DNA of 57,251 nt, from the IMG/VR virus record IMGVR_UViG_3300025608_000026, positions 1-57,251 of that record, one strand, 5' to 3'. Position numbers and translations under genes: made by a program. Origin of the DNA: a virus. Lineage: Duplodnaviria > Caudoviricetes. Each line of letters begins with the position of its first letter. Within the stretch, counting starts at the first letter, position 1. Under the pieces are notes generated by a model. That model ran no database searches. It was not told the DNA's origin and saw only the letters and a list, made by a program, of their open reading frames with translations. Of this stretch, positions 56,083 to 57,251 are shown piece after piece.

Positions 56083-57251
56083 TGTGGAATAATGAGTGGA
56101 AAAAAGGTGTTGACTACCCAGAGTGGGGAGACACAGAAGTTTATAAAAAAACAATTGGTGGATCCTACTTGCTTCAAGCAGAGACGCCAAGAGAAGCATA
56201 CCAGCGAGTATCTAGCGCTGTTGCAAGAAGACTTTACAAACCGGAATTAGCTGATGTATTCTTCGACTATATATGGAAAGGGTGGCTGTGTTTGGCTAGC
56301 CCTGTGCTTTCTAATACTGGCACAGATCGTGGTTTACCTATTAGCTGTTTTGGTATTGATGTCGCTGATTCAATAGCGGACATTGGAACAAAGAATTTAG
56401 AAATGATGCTCCTAGCTAAACATGGCGGCGGTGTAGGGGTAGGCATTAATATGATTAGACCCGCAGGTGCCAGAATTACAGGTAATGGAACTTCAGACGG
56501 AGTTGTCCCTTTTTGCAAAATCTACGACTCAACTATACTCGCGACCAACCAAGGTGCCGTTAGAAGAGGAGCTGCATCAGTTAATATCAATATTGAACAC
56601 CCTGACTTCCTCGATTGGCTTGAAATTAGGGAACCTAAAGGAGACGTCAACAGGCAATCTCTTAACTTACATCAGTGTGCTGTCATTGGCGATAAGTTTA
56701 TGCGAAAACTTGAGACGGGAGATCAAGAAGCACGACAAAAATGGAGCAAGCTTATCCAAAAGCGCAAAGCCACTGGCGAACCATATATCCTTTTTAAAGG
56801 CAACACGAACAAAGCTAACCCAGAGGCTTACAAAGCGAATGGATTAAAAGTACATATGACAAACATATGCTCAGAGATAACTCTACATACAGATGAGTCT
56901 CACAGTTTTGTTTGTTGTTTATCATCACTTAACTTAGAAAAATACGACGAATGGAAGGATACAAATTTGGTGTACGATGCGACTTGGTTCCTGGACGGTG
57001 TCCTGGAAGAATTCATTCAGAGAGCGAAGGGTCTCCGGGGGTTCGAAAATTCTGTGAGGTCAGCTGCCAAGGGACGGGCTCTAGGTTTAGGAGTGTTGGG
57101 TTGGCACAGCTTACTACAGAAGAACGGGATCGCCTTCGAAGGGTTGCAAGCCCAGTTCAAGACCAGAGAGATCTTCTCAAAAATAAAAATAGAGACTGAA
57201 AGAGCTTCAAGAAAATTAGCTGAAGTTTATGGTGAACCCTTGTGGTGTGTA
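56082..57251 (+). CDS. nrdA: Ribonucleotide reductase class I alpha subunit (truncated by window end; not in ORF track)
   Basis: Manual translation: ASPVLSN, LPISCFG, GGGVG, QGAVRRG, TGEPY, TNICSEI (NxCxE), VCCLSSLN, RALGLG. Confidence 0.93.
   Translation, partial: MWNNEWKKGVDYPEWGDTEVYKKTIGGSYLLQAETPREAYQRVSSAVARRLYKPELADVFFDYIWKGWLCLASPVLSNTGTDRGLPISCFGIDVADSIADIGTKNLEMMLLAKHGGGVGVGINMIRPAGARITGNGTSDGVVPFCKIYDSTILATNQGAVRRGAASVNINIEHPDFLDWLEIREPKGDVNRQSLNLHQCAVIGDKFMRKLETGDQEARQKWSKLIQKRKATGEPYILFKGNTNKANPEAYKANGLKVHMTNICSEITLHTDESHSFVCCLSSLNLEKYDEWKDTNLVYDATWFLDGVLEEFIQRAKGLRGFENSVRSAAKGRALGLGVLGWHSLLQKNGIAFEGLQAQFKTREIFSKIKIETERASRKLAEVYGEPLWCV

Noticed and set aside
1-57251. Stop-codon reassignment as in some crAss-like phages
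   Set aside because: Core genes are full length under the standard code, and TAA, TAG and TGA all terminate genes
19705-57251. Inteins or introns in terL, primase-helicase, thyA or nrd genes
   Set aside because: Reading frames are continuous with ordinary lengths; no intein splice motifs seen

Overview
57-kb fragment of an AT-rich lytic dsDNA phage with crAss-like/marine Bacteroidota-phage architecture (podovirus-type tail tube and ring genes, no Shine-Dalgarno leaders). There are two divergent arms. The minus-strand arm (1-40.5 kb) is the late/structural module: internal virion protein, 2288-aa BACON/Ig-repeat protein, tail nozzle, ring proteins, major capsid, scaffold, portal, TerL, lysis genes, a branched set of LamG and Gly-rich fibres, its own GroEL/GroES plus a tandem double-GroES, and a cluster of tiny basic proteins. 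The plus-strand arm (41.2-57.2 kb) is the early/replication module: ATP-dependent ligase, RpoD-like sigma factor, ERF, RecE-like nuclease, SSB, primase-helicase, ThyA, MazG-like proteins, resolvase and NrdB/NrdA. The most unusual part is the 40.5-45.1 kb hinge. It holds a GC-richer structured non-coding island, then nine copies of a fixed-spacing motif (TACGTTACAA-N13-GTGATAATAT) punctuating an array of micro-ORFs. That array contains an Ocr-like DNA mimic, a second acidic protein, a leader pseudoknot, and an ~80-nt RNA that looks like the tRNA-like domain of tmRNA with no mRNA-like domain. All calls are by eye; no searches were run.
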